Below, one piece after another: positions 1-10,960 of a DNA stretch of 64,000 nucleotides. Both the position numbers and the translations under genes were made by a program. The notes under the pieces were generated by a model. It made no database searches. It saw nothing but the letters and a program-made list of their open reading frames with translations, and was not told the DNA's origin. Source of the DNA: Prorocentrum cordatum (Eukaryota); contig CAUYUJ010000081.1 of assembly GCA_963575745.1 (NCBI GenBank), positions 186,001 to 250,000 on the forward strand, written 5' to 3'. The number at the start of each line of letters is the position of its first letter. Position 1 is the stretch's first letter.

Positions 1-89
1 TCGGCACCTTTCTCGCGAGGCCACATGAGGCGCGCGCGCGCGCGCCCTCGTGGCGCGCGCGCGCCAGAGAACGTCGACAGGTGAAACGA

Positions 90-1240
90 GGGCTGCAAAG
101 GGGTGGGGGGGGGGGACGGGGGGGGGTGGGAACGAACGGCGGGTGCGAGAAATGAGGAGGGGGGAAGCGAGGGGAGGAGGGGGGAATGAGGAGGGAGGAG
201 TAATGAGTGAGAAGGATGGAAAACGAGGGAGCATGGGAAAGCGGCGGAAATGGTGGAGGAGGAGGAGGAGGAGGAGAACGAGGAATGCGGAATACGAGGG
301 GGGCACAACACAGGAGCAGGATAAGGAAGACGAACAAGAAGAATAAGAAGAAGAAACGGGGGACAAGGAGGGACAGGAACAGAAAGGACGAAGGAAGGAC
401 GCGGGGGGAGGGAACAGCGAGGAGAAAGAAGGAATGAGGAAGGAAGATGAAGGAATGGGATGAGGGGGGAACGCCCAGGGATGATAATAGAGAAAAAAGG
501 GCGGAGGGAGGAGGGAGCAGGGAGGGCGAAGGGGGAAGGATGGTGGATGTAGGCTGAGGGAGGGGGGAAGAAGTGGAGAAAGACGAAGGGGGAGGGGGGG
601 GATAGGGAGAACGAGGGGAAAAGAAGGAGGGGGAGGAGCAGGAGGAGGAGGAGGAAGACACAGAGGAAAAGTGATGAGGAACAGGCACGACACGGTCATC
701 AGGGACACGGGGAACAACAAGGAGGAAGGATGGAGGAGGAGGAACAGGAGGAGAAAGGAGGAAGGTTGGGGGAACGATCAGGGAGAATTGAGGAGGGGGG
801 AGGGGTGAGGGAGGAAGGAGGATGGAGGGAGGAGAGGTGAGGACGGAAAAGGCAGGGGGGGGGTGAGGGAGGAGGAGGATGAGGATGAGGAGGAAGAGGG
901 AGAGGAGGGGGGATGATGGGGAGGAGGAGGAGGAGGAGGAGGAGGAACTGGAGAAGGAGGGGGGGGAGGAGCAGGAGGAAAAGGAGGATTGCATCCAGAA
1001 GGCTTTACCCTGCTGTGCGCGGTCGTTGTGCCGACGGCGTGTCGGCGCCAACGCGGGACACGCGATCGGACGACGACGGGCGACAACGACGACGGACGAC
1101 GACGATTGACGAAGACGATCGACGACGACATGCGACGACCGACGGGCGACGAATGACCGACGGACGACGCTGAACGACGCATGACCGACGAACGAACGAC
1201 GAACGAACGAGCACGCGGGACGACGGACGAGTGGCGACAA
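90..1240. repeat. Purine-rich (GGA/GA) low-complexity tract followed by (GAC/CGA)n-like repeats
   Basis: Almost pyrimidine-free G/A tract from ~90 to 990, then degenerate gacgacga repeats. The overlapping ORFs are poly-E/G/R/P artefacts. Confidence 0.9.
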
Positions 1241-2169
1241 AAGGTTGCGGGAGCGGATGGGCGGGTGGGCAGGGGCAGGTGGGTAACGAAATTGATGTTT
1301 TTAGAGTGGGCGCATTGGGGGTACTAAGGTAACACGACGGTCGGATCTAAACAGATACATGAAACTTGTTACCACAGGCTACACTATAGATACATACCGA
1401 CACCTACGGATAATGATATACATACAGGTGCTAAATACAACAACCATCTGTTTGCTACACATACTTGGGTACAACGGTGCAAACCGAAACATAACATGAC
1501 AGTTACGAGTGGACGCATACGATCATATAGAGACACCACCACTGACACATAACATTGTTACACATGACACGTACACACATAGACACACAACCCTCCAAAC
1601 ATTACATAGTTCCTTGTGTGAGGTTATTGGATTTTGTTTTAGGGCATGCGGCAGAACCCACTTCCCCCTCCCCTCCCTCCCCACGCGCGCGCCTCGAGAA
1701 CCGCGGAGGTCACTCTTTTTGGCACCCCCCGCGGGGGCCGTGGCTGAGGGGGGGGGATCCAGGGGATTATCACTGTCTACACCCCTCGCGAGGATCGTGG
1801 CCTCAGCCGTGCTGCGCCATTTCCCCCATGAGTTTGGGGAGATCTATGGTTCGACGCACCTCGCGAAGATCTTAGCCTCCGAGTGGGGAGCCGCAATCGC
1901 CCACCCCCCTCTCCCGCCCCAAGATACCACCAAATGCCCTCCAAGAGGCCCCGAGGACCGCCAAGGAGCCCCAAGATGCCCCAAAGAGGCGCCCGCGAGA
2001 CGCCAAAGAGGCCCCGTGAGGCACCGCACCTGCTTCCAAGAGGCTTCCAGATGCCTCGAGTCTGCCTCGCAGGGGCCCTGCAGAGGCCAACCACGAGCTC
2101 CCAACCAACACCCACGACGCCTCTGACCCATCGCCCAGGCACAGTCATGGGCTGCCGCAAGTCATGTGG

Positions 2170-2400
2170 ATCGAATGTTACACGTTACACGTAACATACC
2201 GTAGATGAACACACCTACACGCACATACACATCTACATGCACATGCATATACACACACATACATGCAAACAGCATCACCTACAGACATACACACATACAC
2301 ATACAGACATATAGCTACATGTATCTACATGCACAAACATGCATACATGCGGACATACGCATTCAGAACATGCAAGCCCAATTTGTGCGAACAGAGACGC
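2170..2400. repeat. Degenerate (ACAT/AC)n microsatellite
   Basis: Repeated acacatacat motifs. Confidence 0.85.
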
Positions 2401-2454
2401 ACACCGAAGCATGAGTGGCACTGCGAATCCCTCATTGTCACTGCGTGCGCCCAC

Positions 2455-2780
2455 TTGGCTTCTGGAAACTAACCCCTCCATGGAGCATCGTTCCTGGATA
2501 GATGAACGCCGTTTCTGGGTGGGCTGGTGATGTCGCTTCGGGGTGGGCCAGGGCAGGCTGGCATCGCTTCTGGATGGGCTTGGCTGGCATCGTTTCTGGA
2601 TAGGTTGGCAACTGGCATTGCCTCTGAATGGGCTGGGCTGGCATCGCCTCTGGATGAGCTGGCTCGACCGCTGTTCTTCGGGTCCCAGCGGCTGGGCTGA
2701 CAGTTCAATATCTGCAGTTCCGAGGCTGGACGGCTGGCGACATCGGAGAATCGTTTCTGGATGGGCCACCGTTTCTGGAA
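2455..2780. repeat. Degenerate tandem repeat, core GGCTGGCATCGTTTCTGGATGG
   Basis: Repeated core. A related motif (GTTTCTGGATGGGCT) recurs at ~5190-5370. Confidence 0.75.
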
Positions 2781-2809
2781 GACCTGATGGGGGTTCTTTG
2801 ATGTTTTCA

Positions 2810-3018
2810 CCAGGAGGCGCAGGTGCAGCGTTGGCTTTGGCCTTCTTGTTCACGTACCACCTGTCCTTGGCCAGCTGCGCGTGCCTCTGCATGAGCTCTC
2901 GCCGCTCCGCGGCGGACGCGCCAGGGGCTGCTGCTGGCACCTCGAACAGCCAGGTCTTCAAGACCTCGTCCGATGGGCACCGACTCTCGCCGATGCACAG
3001 CCTGCAGCCAGCATGCAT
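2810..3018 (-). CDS. C-terminal Cys/His domain of the transposase gene (MHAGCRLC...WLFEV...QRH)
   Basis: Joins the previous exon in frame (NCY|MHAGC) when 3019-3580 is removed. Confidence 0.6.
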
Positions 3019-3019
3019 A

Positions 3020-3581
3020 CCCGCCACCGTGCCTCGAGGCACGGAGTGGGCGTGCCGCCGGGCTTTCTGCCGCATCCCTTGAATTTCAGGCTTCAACCCC
3101 GAGGAATCATCCAGGGGACCAGCGCCCAACTTGTAAAATATCTCTGGTCCACCCGCGTGCAGGCGCGTCACTATGCATCAAGTGGTACGTGATCGGTACC
3201 ACTGGAAGCATACTGACGGCATGCCCCAAGTGGTACTTCATCGGTCCCACTTGAGGCATACAACGGGCATGCCTCACGTGCTACCTACTCGGTATCACTT
3301 GAGGCATATTGCCAACATGCTTCAAGTGGTATGTTGCTCGGTACCACTTGAGGCATATTGGCGACATGCTCCGAGTGGTACTTGGTCGGTACAACTTGAG
3401 GCATGCAACGGCCATGTCCCAAGTGACACGTATTCGGTACCACTTGAGGCATATTGCAGAGATGTTTCAAGTGGTACTTGTTCCGCTGGCGAGGCGCAGC
3501 GGAGGGCGGGGCATACTGCCGACATATGCCCCCGACCGACAACTCAGGCGCGGTGGCGGGATGCGCCGAAGGCCAGTATGA
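3020..3581 (+). mobile_element. Non-autonomous asymmetric-TIR element H1 (Helitron2/Helentron-like)
   Basis: Left CCCGCCACCGTGCC (3020-3033) overlaps the palindrome CCGTGCCTCGAGGCACGG. Right GGCGCGGTGGCGGG (3547-3560) is followed by hairpin GCC-GAA-GGC (3565-3573). Removal restores the host frame. Confidence 0.75.
3170..3490. repeat. ~48-bp tandem array of palindromic units inside H1
   Basis: About 6 units with consensus GGTACCACTTGAGGCAT-N9-ATGCCTCAAGTGGTAC, starting near 3195, 3243, 3291, 3340, 3388 and 3436. Confidence 0.85.
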
Positions 3582-4603
3582 TAGCAATTCACTGTCACGC
3601 TGTTGGCAGGATGACCGCGCAAAATGCGCAACACCTGGCGACCATCCATGTGGAAGTATCCACTCGGCGTCGGGCCAACGAGATCATGCGGCCCTGGCGG
3701 CGGCGGCGGGAGCGGTGCCGCAGGCGCGGGCGGCTCCTCGGCCTCGCCAGGCTCAGGCTCCAGGCCGACGTCAGCAGCGCCGTCTGCCGCTCCAGCTGCG
3801 ATCTCACCGGGTACTTCAGCTGGTACCCCAAGAAGCTCAGCACCGCGAGCATCGTCATGCTCGTCCAAGTCCCCGCCGTCCTCGCCGACCAGTCCTGGAG
3901 GGTGCCCCTCGATGACGCCGTCCTCCAAGCCGAACGTGTCGCCCAGCTCCTCCATGCCGTCGAGGTCGGCATCCTCGGCCTCGTGTTCCAGCATGTCCAT
4001 CTCCTCGCCAATCGCCGCGCCAGCTGGTAGCAAGTCGTCGACCAACGGCGGCATGTCAACGTCGTCGACGTCGCCGTGGGCGTCGGGGCCGCCGCCGAGA
4101 CCCTCGCCATCTACGGCTCCGTGGCCGCGGCCTCTGCCTGCGCCCCCTCCGCGGCGGCCGCCGCGCCCAGCGCCGCGCCCAGCGCCGCGCCCAGCGCCGC
4201 GCCCAACACCGCGCCCAGGAGGCGTCTCGAAGGGGTCGCTGGTGTTCAGCCTCCCCAGGTCGGACGCAGAAGGCCCACGGCTGCTGGGGCTCTGGTACCC
4301 GAACGGGCGCGTCATCCCCGCCCTCCACAGCTCACCCTGCAAGTGCACAGCTGAGATTCTGCTCCACTTCAGACTGTTATCAACATCGACATCCACGTCG
4401 TAATCCACTAAGTACAAATCCATGTCGATCAGGTTCCGAACCAACTTCAGTACAAAGTGATCTGAAGATTCATAGCCAATACAACGAAATCGACCAGCGC
4501 TCCTACAGTTCTGAACATCGATCTCCACAAGACACGGCGTGTGTAGCACGTCGCTGTGGGCATTCGCTCTCACTTGGAACGTGTTCGGTGCGATATCAAA
4601 CAC
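3581..4603 (-). CDS. Transposase-gene exon with RG/GRG repeats and an acidic tract
   Basis: ORF 3467..4603 starts exactly after acceptor CCAAG|GTGTTT. It is interrupted at VNCY by an insertion. Confidence 0.7.
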
Positions 4604-5404
4604 CTTGGGTCGATGGGCAACCTAGGAGCACAGCGCACGGCGCCCTTAAGGAGGATGAGGCGGAGAAGGAGGATGGGGAGGAAGGGAAAGGGTTTCTTAG
4701 GCGGCGTCTTGGCTTCAATCTCGCCTCCCCGCTCCCCGAACCGTGTGCCATGGGTGGTCACCAAGAGGGAGCGGCATGACTCATCATGGAGACTGGTGTC
4801 TACCGCGGCTCTCCTGAGAGCTTGAGGGTGCTCTTGGGCGGGGGGGGAGGAGGAGGAGGAGGGGGAGGAGGAAGAGGAGGAGGGGGAGGAGACGGAGGAG
4901 GAGGATGAGGAGGATGGGCGAGGATGGGCGAGGAGGAGGAGGAGGAGGAGGAGGAGGGAGATGAGGAGGATCCCAAGACCGTGATATTGTGATGCTATGC
5001 TGTCCCAAGAACCCAAGATGGTCGCAAGACGGCGTCACAGGCGGCGCCCCCCCGATAGCCCCCCCCCCCCAAAAAAAAACGGCGCGCAGACTGCCACCTC
5101 GAGAGCCTTCAGAGCGTGCTCAGAACCCCTTTTATTACAATTTGACTCCCCCCGTGGAATTCCGTGGCCAAGGCAACTCGTTCGGATGTCGGTCGTTCAT
5201 GGATGGGCTGACAGGGGTACATGTCTCATGTCGTTTCTGATGGGCTGGGGCATTGGCAATATCGTCTCTGGATGGGATTGGTCGTTAGTGGATGGGCTGA
5301 CGGGGATGCACTAGCGGACGTCGGGCACATCAGATTTCTGGATGGGCAGTGGTCGTTTCTGGATGGGCTTAGGGAGGGCGGTTACATATTAGCGGACGCA
5401 TCAC

Positions 5405-5707
5405 CTTCGGATTGTAAAACGTGCCCGAAATGATACCCACGAAGCGCATTCGGCTGGCTGGGTTCTCCAGTGAGTGGCCCTCCACCATGATCATCACGTC
5501 GCCGACATCGGCGGCGGGTCTCGTTAAACGTGCCATGAGGTTGTGAATGCCATGTTCTATCAAATGGAACTGCTGAACGTTTGGCACCGTTGCCCGAGGA
5601 ACAGGCCGAGCGTTCCTGCCGCAGCCCCACAGGCTGAAGTCTGGAAGGTCAGGGATGGGCTCAGCGCGGACGACCAGGTCGTCGGCAGCATCGCACTCGA
5701 AGTCTTC
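5405..5707 (-). CDS. Transposase-gene internal exon (101 codons)
   Basis: Open frame EDFECDAAD...GTFYNPK. Upstream acceptor TAGCAG|GAA, downstream donor AAG|GTGATG. Confidence 0.65.
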
Positions 5708-5880
5708 CTGCTAGGCGGAAGCATCCGAATGCGATCTGCTGATCCTTCTCTTACTCTTCCTCCTTCTCCTCTTTCTCCTCCTCCTCCTCCCTCCCATCCA
5801 GCCTCGATCCCCCTCCCTCCCCCCTCCTACTCCTCCACGTGCTCCTCCTACTCCTCCTCTCCCTCCTCCTCCCATGCCAC

Positions 5881-7060
5881 CGTGAAGTTTGCAAAATTGT
5901 ACACCCGCATGTCCTTGGTCGGCCAACCGTGCAATTGATGCCACTCGTAGAACTCCTCGCAGGAGATCGGGGACGAGCGGCAACCTCGACCCCAGGAAGT
6001 GGCATACGCGGGCGCCTGGGCATCAGCGGGCACCATCTCTGCAGGCGTGTTCTGCCAATCCTCGAAGGCCTCGTGGTGAGCGTCATGATTCATGAGCTGC
6101 CACTGTTCCCTGAACCTGCTGCGAGCCGTGCTCAGCTCCTCGGGCGTCAAGGCGGAGCCCTTCGCCCTCTTCAGACTCGCCAACGTCTTGTTCAATTCCA
6201 GCATGTACGGGCTCAATCCGCGCCGACGGGGTGGCAGAGGTCCGCCGCCGTCGCCGTCGCCAGGTGGCCCGCCGCCGCCATCGGCCCCGCCAGCTCCCAC
6301 CGCCCTCGCGCCCGGCAGGATGGAGGCGTTCGCCAGCACGATCTCCACGGGGCGGTCGACGGCCACGGGCTCAGGCGCCGCGGCGCTCGCAGCAGCGCCA
6401 TCGGGCCCACCTGCAATTGGAAGAAACTCAGGCCGAGCAGCGGCAATGAGTGGCTGCACCTGCACTCGAAGGTCCGACGACTTCAGGGCTGCATCTCGCT
6501 TCATGCTCAACGGGTCGACGCCACCTCATTTCTTGTGCACGGCGAGTGCCTGCTGCAGCAGCTGCTCCCTGGACGCCCCACCGAAGACGCGACCTGGCGC
6601 ACGATGCACTCGACCAGCCTGAATCTCCGCGTTGAGCCTCTCGATGATGTCGGTGGAGAATCCGAACGTGCGAAAATCAGCCAGCAATGTTTTCCTGCAC
6701 GCCTCACTCATCAGCAGAGGCACGGTGTTGAAGCGGTGCTTCACGCCGCACGCGTACACGCCGAGCTCCTCGCGCGATGCATCGAGCAGTCGCCGCGCAA
6801 CATCCCTGCGCTGCTCTTCCGATGAGTGGGCGCTGCAAAGCGTGAAGAGCGGGTACGGCCAGCTCGAGTACCGAAGATCCCACCTTCGGCTGATCGCAGA
6901 ACTCAGGCGAAGGATGCATGAACGCGCGAAGCGCGCATAGCCAGGGTCCCTCATCGGCGCCTGGACTGCATCGAGGATAACCAGCGGATCCCTCTCGCCG
7001 CCATGAAGCCACGATTCAAGTACATGCAATAACTCTGACAAACAGTGGCCGAGCAAACTA
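5881..7060 (-). CDS. Transposase segment 2: putative catalytic Glu region and downstream linker, with in-frame stop at 6526-6528
   Basis: ORFs 6526..7077 and 5848..6510 are in the same frame, separated by one TGA (VHKK*GGVDP). They join segment 1 as LDPDD|SLLGH. Confidence 0.75.
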
Positions 7061-8246
7061 TCCGCCACCGCTGGCACTTGGACCGCGATGTCGTGCTGTC
7101 TGGTGCGGTTGATGGTAGTCTTCTACCCCCCTCTGCACGCGCTTCCGCGCGCCCGCGTGCCCCCCCTGGAAATGGGCGCATCGCCTGAGACATCCTCGCC
7201 ACATCGGGAAGTTGCGTAGGGGGAGGGGACACGCCTTGTCACATGTGACACCAATGGCACATTTCGACATCACGTCTCGGAAGCGTCACGCGCGGTACCT
7301 CCGCCGCGTCTGAGCGGGAGAGGCGCCGAGGGCGGGGCAGGCGCCAGCGCCGTCATGTGTGACGAATCGGCCGTTCGAGGCGGACGAACACGGGGACCGC
7401 GTCGCCTAGGCCCGTGGAAACAAATAACAGTTCCAAAGGCCAGTGTTCAGGCGTCGATTTCAAACCGACCCGAGATGAACTCCAATATTGCAGAAGAACG
7501 TGGCATTATTGTAACGCCAATGTGCGTTGACACCGCCAGTGCTGCATACGTGTTTCGCCTGAGACACCACCTAATAATAACTTCGGCCCCTGGAAAAGTA
7601 AAGACGGACGGGCCGCATATGACAACTCTTCTCTCCTTGCCCCCCCCCCGCCGCCCCCCTCCCCTCCCCGCCCCCCCCGCGCCCTGTGCGACGTTCCGAT
7701 GGCCAGGCCTTAGATTTCAATGCCGCATGCGTCAGAGAATGTCTCGGGCGAAACGGGCGAATGTCTACTTCGTTGCTTCTTCCTCTCCCTCCTCCTCCTC
7801 TTCCTCCCCCTCCTCCTCCCCATCCTCCTCCTCCTCCTCCTCCTCCTCCTCCTCCTCCTCCCCTTTCTCCCCCCCGTCGTCGTCACCGTCGTCGTTTTCC
7901 TGAAGCAGCCGAAGTGACTAAGTGTCACGTGCTACTGTTTCGGCGCCTCCCTCGCGGGAGAATCACCATCGTCATCGCCACGGTTACCGTTTTCGCAGCA
8001 GCAGAAGCCATCATCATCATCATCATCATCAGCATCATCATCATCATCATCATCCCCGCCGTCTTCGTCACATGCAATACCCCTGCCGTCATAACAATCA
8101 CCAGTGGTGGCCGTCATGGCTGCAGAGGTATTATCGTAGTTTGAAAAACCAAACGCGTCACTTGTAAAACGCACGCGCCCCCTAGCGCAAAAACCACCGA
8201 CGCGGCTGGGCTGGCACGGTGGCGGGAGCAGCCGCAGGCAATCATA
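7061..8246 (+). mobile_element. Non-autonomous asymmetric-TIR element H2
   Basis: Left TCCGCCACCG (7061). Right GGCACGGTGGCGGG (8213-8226) followed by GCC-GCA-GGC (8231-8239). TATC occurs at both junctions, and removal restores LDPDDSLL. Confidence 0.8.
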
Positions 8247-10054
8247 TCATCTGGGTCCAGGAGACACTCGAATTTGCTGCGGGCGTCGTCATCCGCGGGC
8301 CATGGGTCGCCCAAAAGTGGGTACAACAAACGCCTGTCGATGATGTCCACGGAAACCGTGAGCAAGGCCAGCTCTGGAAAAGTCTTGGGGTCATCAAAAT
8401 ACACGCCCACACGTGACAGCCGCGACGCATTCACCTCCGCGACGTGCGATTGACATGCCTCGCCGTCGGCGGATTGCGGCATCTCGCTGGCGGCGCCAGG
8501 TTTTCTGATCGAACACGGGAACGCCTTCACGCCGATATTGTACACGATTCGCCTCAGCAGCAATTGTTTCATATTGACCAAGGTGTGCGTCCATCTGCTT
8601 TCTGCTGGAATAGGGTCCCCGCCGCCATACAGCGCATTCGTGACCGAACGAACTGTTCTGTCGTAGCAAGTGTCGGCGTCCCTGCAACACGGCCTGCCAG
8701 TTGACTCGTCCCAGCAATAATGCACCCAATCTCCGTGGAGATCCCCGTTGACCATTCTCATCAATTCACCCAGGTCCTGTACCCTGCGAGACACCTTGCC
8801 GTTGGCGCGCTTGTGGTGGTCCGCATCTGGGCGGAAGAGAACATTGATGCACTTGGACAGCGGGCAGGCAATGCCGTCTGGCGGCGGGCCGAGGACCCGT
8901 CGCTTGAGCATCTTCTGCACCAGCACTTCGATCGACTCGCATATGCTGGTCCGCACACCGTCAAGGCGAAGCAAGTTGGCTAAGCTGAAGAGGCGCATTG
9001 TGTGGTGCTTGAGCGGTACAACTTGCAATTTTGTGCGATGTTCTAAGTGCACGCCACACGTCTCTGGGAACACAAGAAGCCGACCACTGCTGCGCGGAAG
9101 CACCATCGTTTCCCATTGGTGACAGAATTGTTTCATCAAGAGGATGTTCCCAGACGCCTTGTCACCAGTCAGAGACATCGTGAAGGACGAGAACGAACGC
9201 AACAACCGATCAATATTCTCCACGGCGTTGAACTGGAATGGCCGCGGGATTGCCTTCAACACAGCGGGCAGGATCGCATTGGCTGAAGTGCCGCTCACCT
9301 TCATCGGGTTGACAAGGATCTGCTCGCAGAACGATCGGCTGATCGCGCTCTTGTCGTTCATGTGGTTGGCCAAGGTCAGCCTGGCGTAACCTCGCTGGCA
9401 GATAGTCTGAATGCTCGTGGTTGTCTTCCTGCGGCGGCACCCCATCTTCGGATATGCTGCGAACTTGCAGTTGACCTCGTCCCACAAATGAGCATATGAC
9501 ATGTGGACGAACCGATTGCTGGCACCTGGGTGCTGCAAAGCCTTCTCACCGCCGCGGAGGACGTGCTCCACGCCATCATCCTGTCTGGCCTTGATCACGC
9601 GGGCTGCGGCGCACACCAACCGCCGAATGTCGATGCCAATGTTCAGCGTGCCCAGGCGTCTGGCAAAGACAATCCTGCTCAAGAAAATGAAATGTGCTGG
9701 TCGGAGGTCGTCCTTTTTGATCCTGCCGACGTGTTTCACGGGCCGCCCGAACAATTGGGCGCATGCAGGGATCAACGTACAAGCCGTGTGCATGTCCCCT
9801 TTGAGCTGTTCAAAGTCTTGGCGGAGCTTCGACTCGCGGCTCTGGGCGCACAACAACATCTTCTTGGAACGAGCGTGGCTCATGAGCTCGGGCGTCCTTC
9901 TCTTGAGATCGAGGCGGGCAGGGGGCGCTGGCGCTGGAAGCGCCAGAGGCGGCGGCACGGCAATGTGATCATCGCCGTCTGCATCTGGAGGGCCGCCTGC
10001 AACCAAACCCCCGATCGCCAACGGCATCGGCACATCCTCGATGTGTTGGTCCAT
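8247..10054 (-). CDS. Transposase segment 1: N-terminus, DDE core D1/D2, CxxH, RW
   Basis: Complex 646-aa ORF 8114..10054. The genuine part ends at LLDPD, where an insertion begins. Confidence 0.8.
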
Positions 10055-10099
10055 GCTGGGTGCGACACAGAAAGTGACGCCTCAACACAGGGCAGGGGG

Positions 10100-10960
10100 C
10101 CTCAAGCACTGCAAGCTGGAAGCAGGATCTCCTCGGTTTGAGCCAAAACGGCAATACCATCACATCGTCACATCACCACATCAACATTGAACGCATCATC
10201 TGAGCATGGTCGTTGTCCACTGCCCATACCGAACCCCATGCCGAGACGTAGCAAACACTGTTTGAGGAGAGGTTGCAAGCACTGCATGGGGAAACGCTGC
10301 AAGCACTGCGCCGAACATAGTACCAACGACGTTTTGTAGTAGAATTGCAAGCACTGGCTCGGACACTGCGCCAATATAGACTATGCCCACTTTGGTAGAC
10401 ATCAACATGTGCCTGATTGATGACTGCTGGCGGGGGGGCATGTGACGGAGGAGGAGGATGAGGAGGAGGGTGAGGATTCCAATAAAGAGTTTGAGACTGA
10501 GGGGGAGGAGGAGGAAGAGGAGGAGGAGGGGGGGAGGAGCAGGAGGAGCAGGAAGAGGATGAGGATACGGATGATGCAACGGAAAAGAAGGAACGGGGGG
10601 GGAATGGGGGAGGAGAAGGAGGAGACGGAAGACGGTGATGATGACGATGGTGACGATGGTGGTTATAACGATGTTAACGGTGAGTCCTTCTGAGAGCGCC
10701 ACGGGGGCATTGTTTCCACCGTTGGGTTGCAGAGACACTGCGCACGCTGTAAGACGTTCCACGCCCCGCAGGACACTGCAAGCACTGAAAGGCACTAGTG
10801 AGACGTTGCAAGCACAGCCTGGACGATTCAAGCACTGTTTGAAGAGCCGCTGCAAGCACTGAGAGGGGAACACTGGCAAGCACTGTTGCCGAGGACGCTG
10901 CAGGCACTGTTTTTGGAAAAGCTGCAAGCACTGTTTGAGACACGTTGCAAGGACTGCCTG
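10100..10960. repeat. Dispersed and tandem TGCAAGCACTG motifs, split by a GGA/GAT microsatellite
   Basis: More than 12 copies, locally at ~24-bp spacing (10250-10370 and 10730-10960). Possibly subterminal repeats of the transposon. Confidence 0.75.
10138..10152 (-). other. Spliced-leader (DinoSL) relic upstream of the transposase ATG
   Basis: GCCGTTTTGGCTCAA matches 14/15 to the SL 3' part GCCATTTTGGCTCAA, ~84 nt upstream of ATG 10054. Confidence 0.6.

Larger units (their letters stand above)
2810..10054 (-). pseudogene. Large intron-containing hAT-like DDE transposase gene (~1,500 aa when reassembled), disrupted by two insertions and one nonsense codon
   Basis: Segments 10054-8247, 7060-5881, 5707-5405, 4603-3581 and 3018-~2810 join in frame. 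Motifs occur in hAT order: WDE (1st D), TGDKASGN (2nd D), CGVH (CxxH), SRWTH (RW), STDIIERLN (E). There is an in-frame TGA at 6526-6528. The 3' end is uncertain. Confidence 0.75.

Noticed and set aside
3170..3490. CRISPR-like palindromic repeat array
   Set aside because: The intervening sequences are only ~9-12 nt and similar to each other, there are no cas genes, and the context is a eukaryotic TE.
3020..8246. H1 and H2 as spliceosomal introner introns of the transposase gene
   Set aside because: On the gene's (minus) strand their frame-restoring boundaries lack GT/GC/GA donors and AG acceptors.
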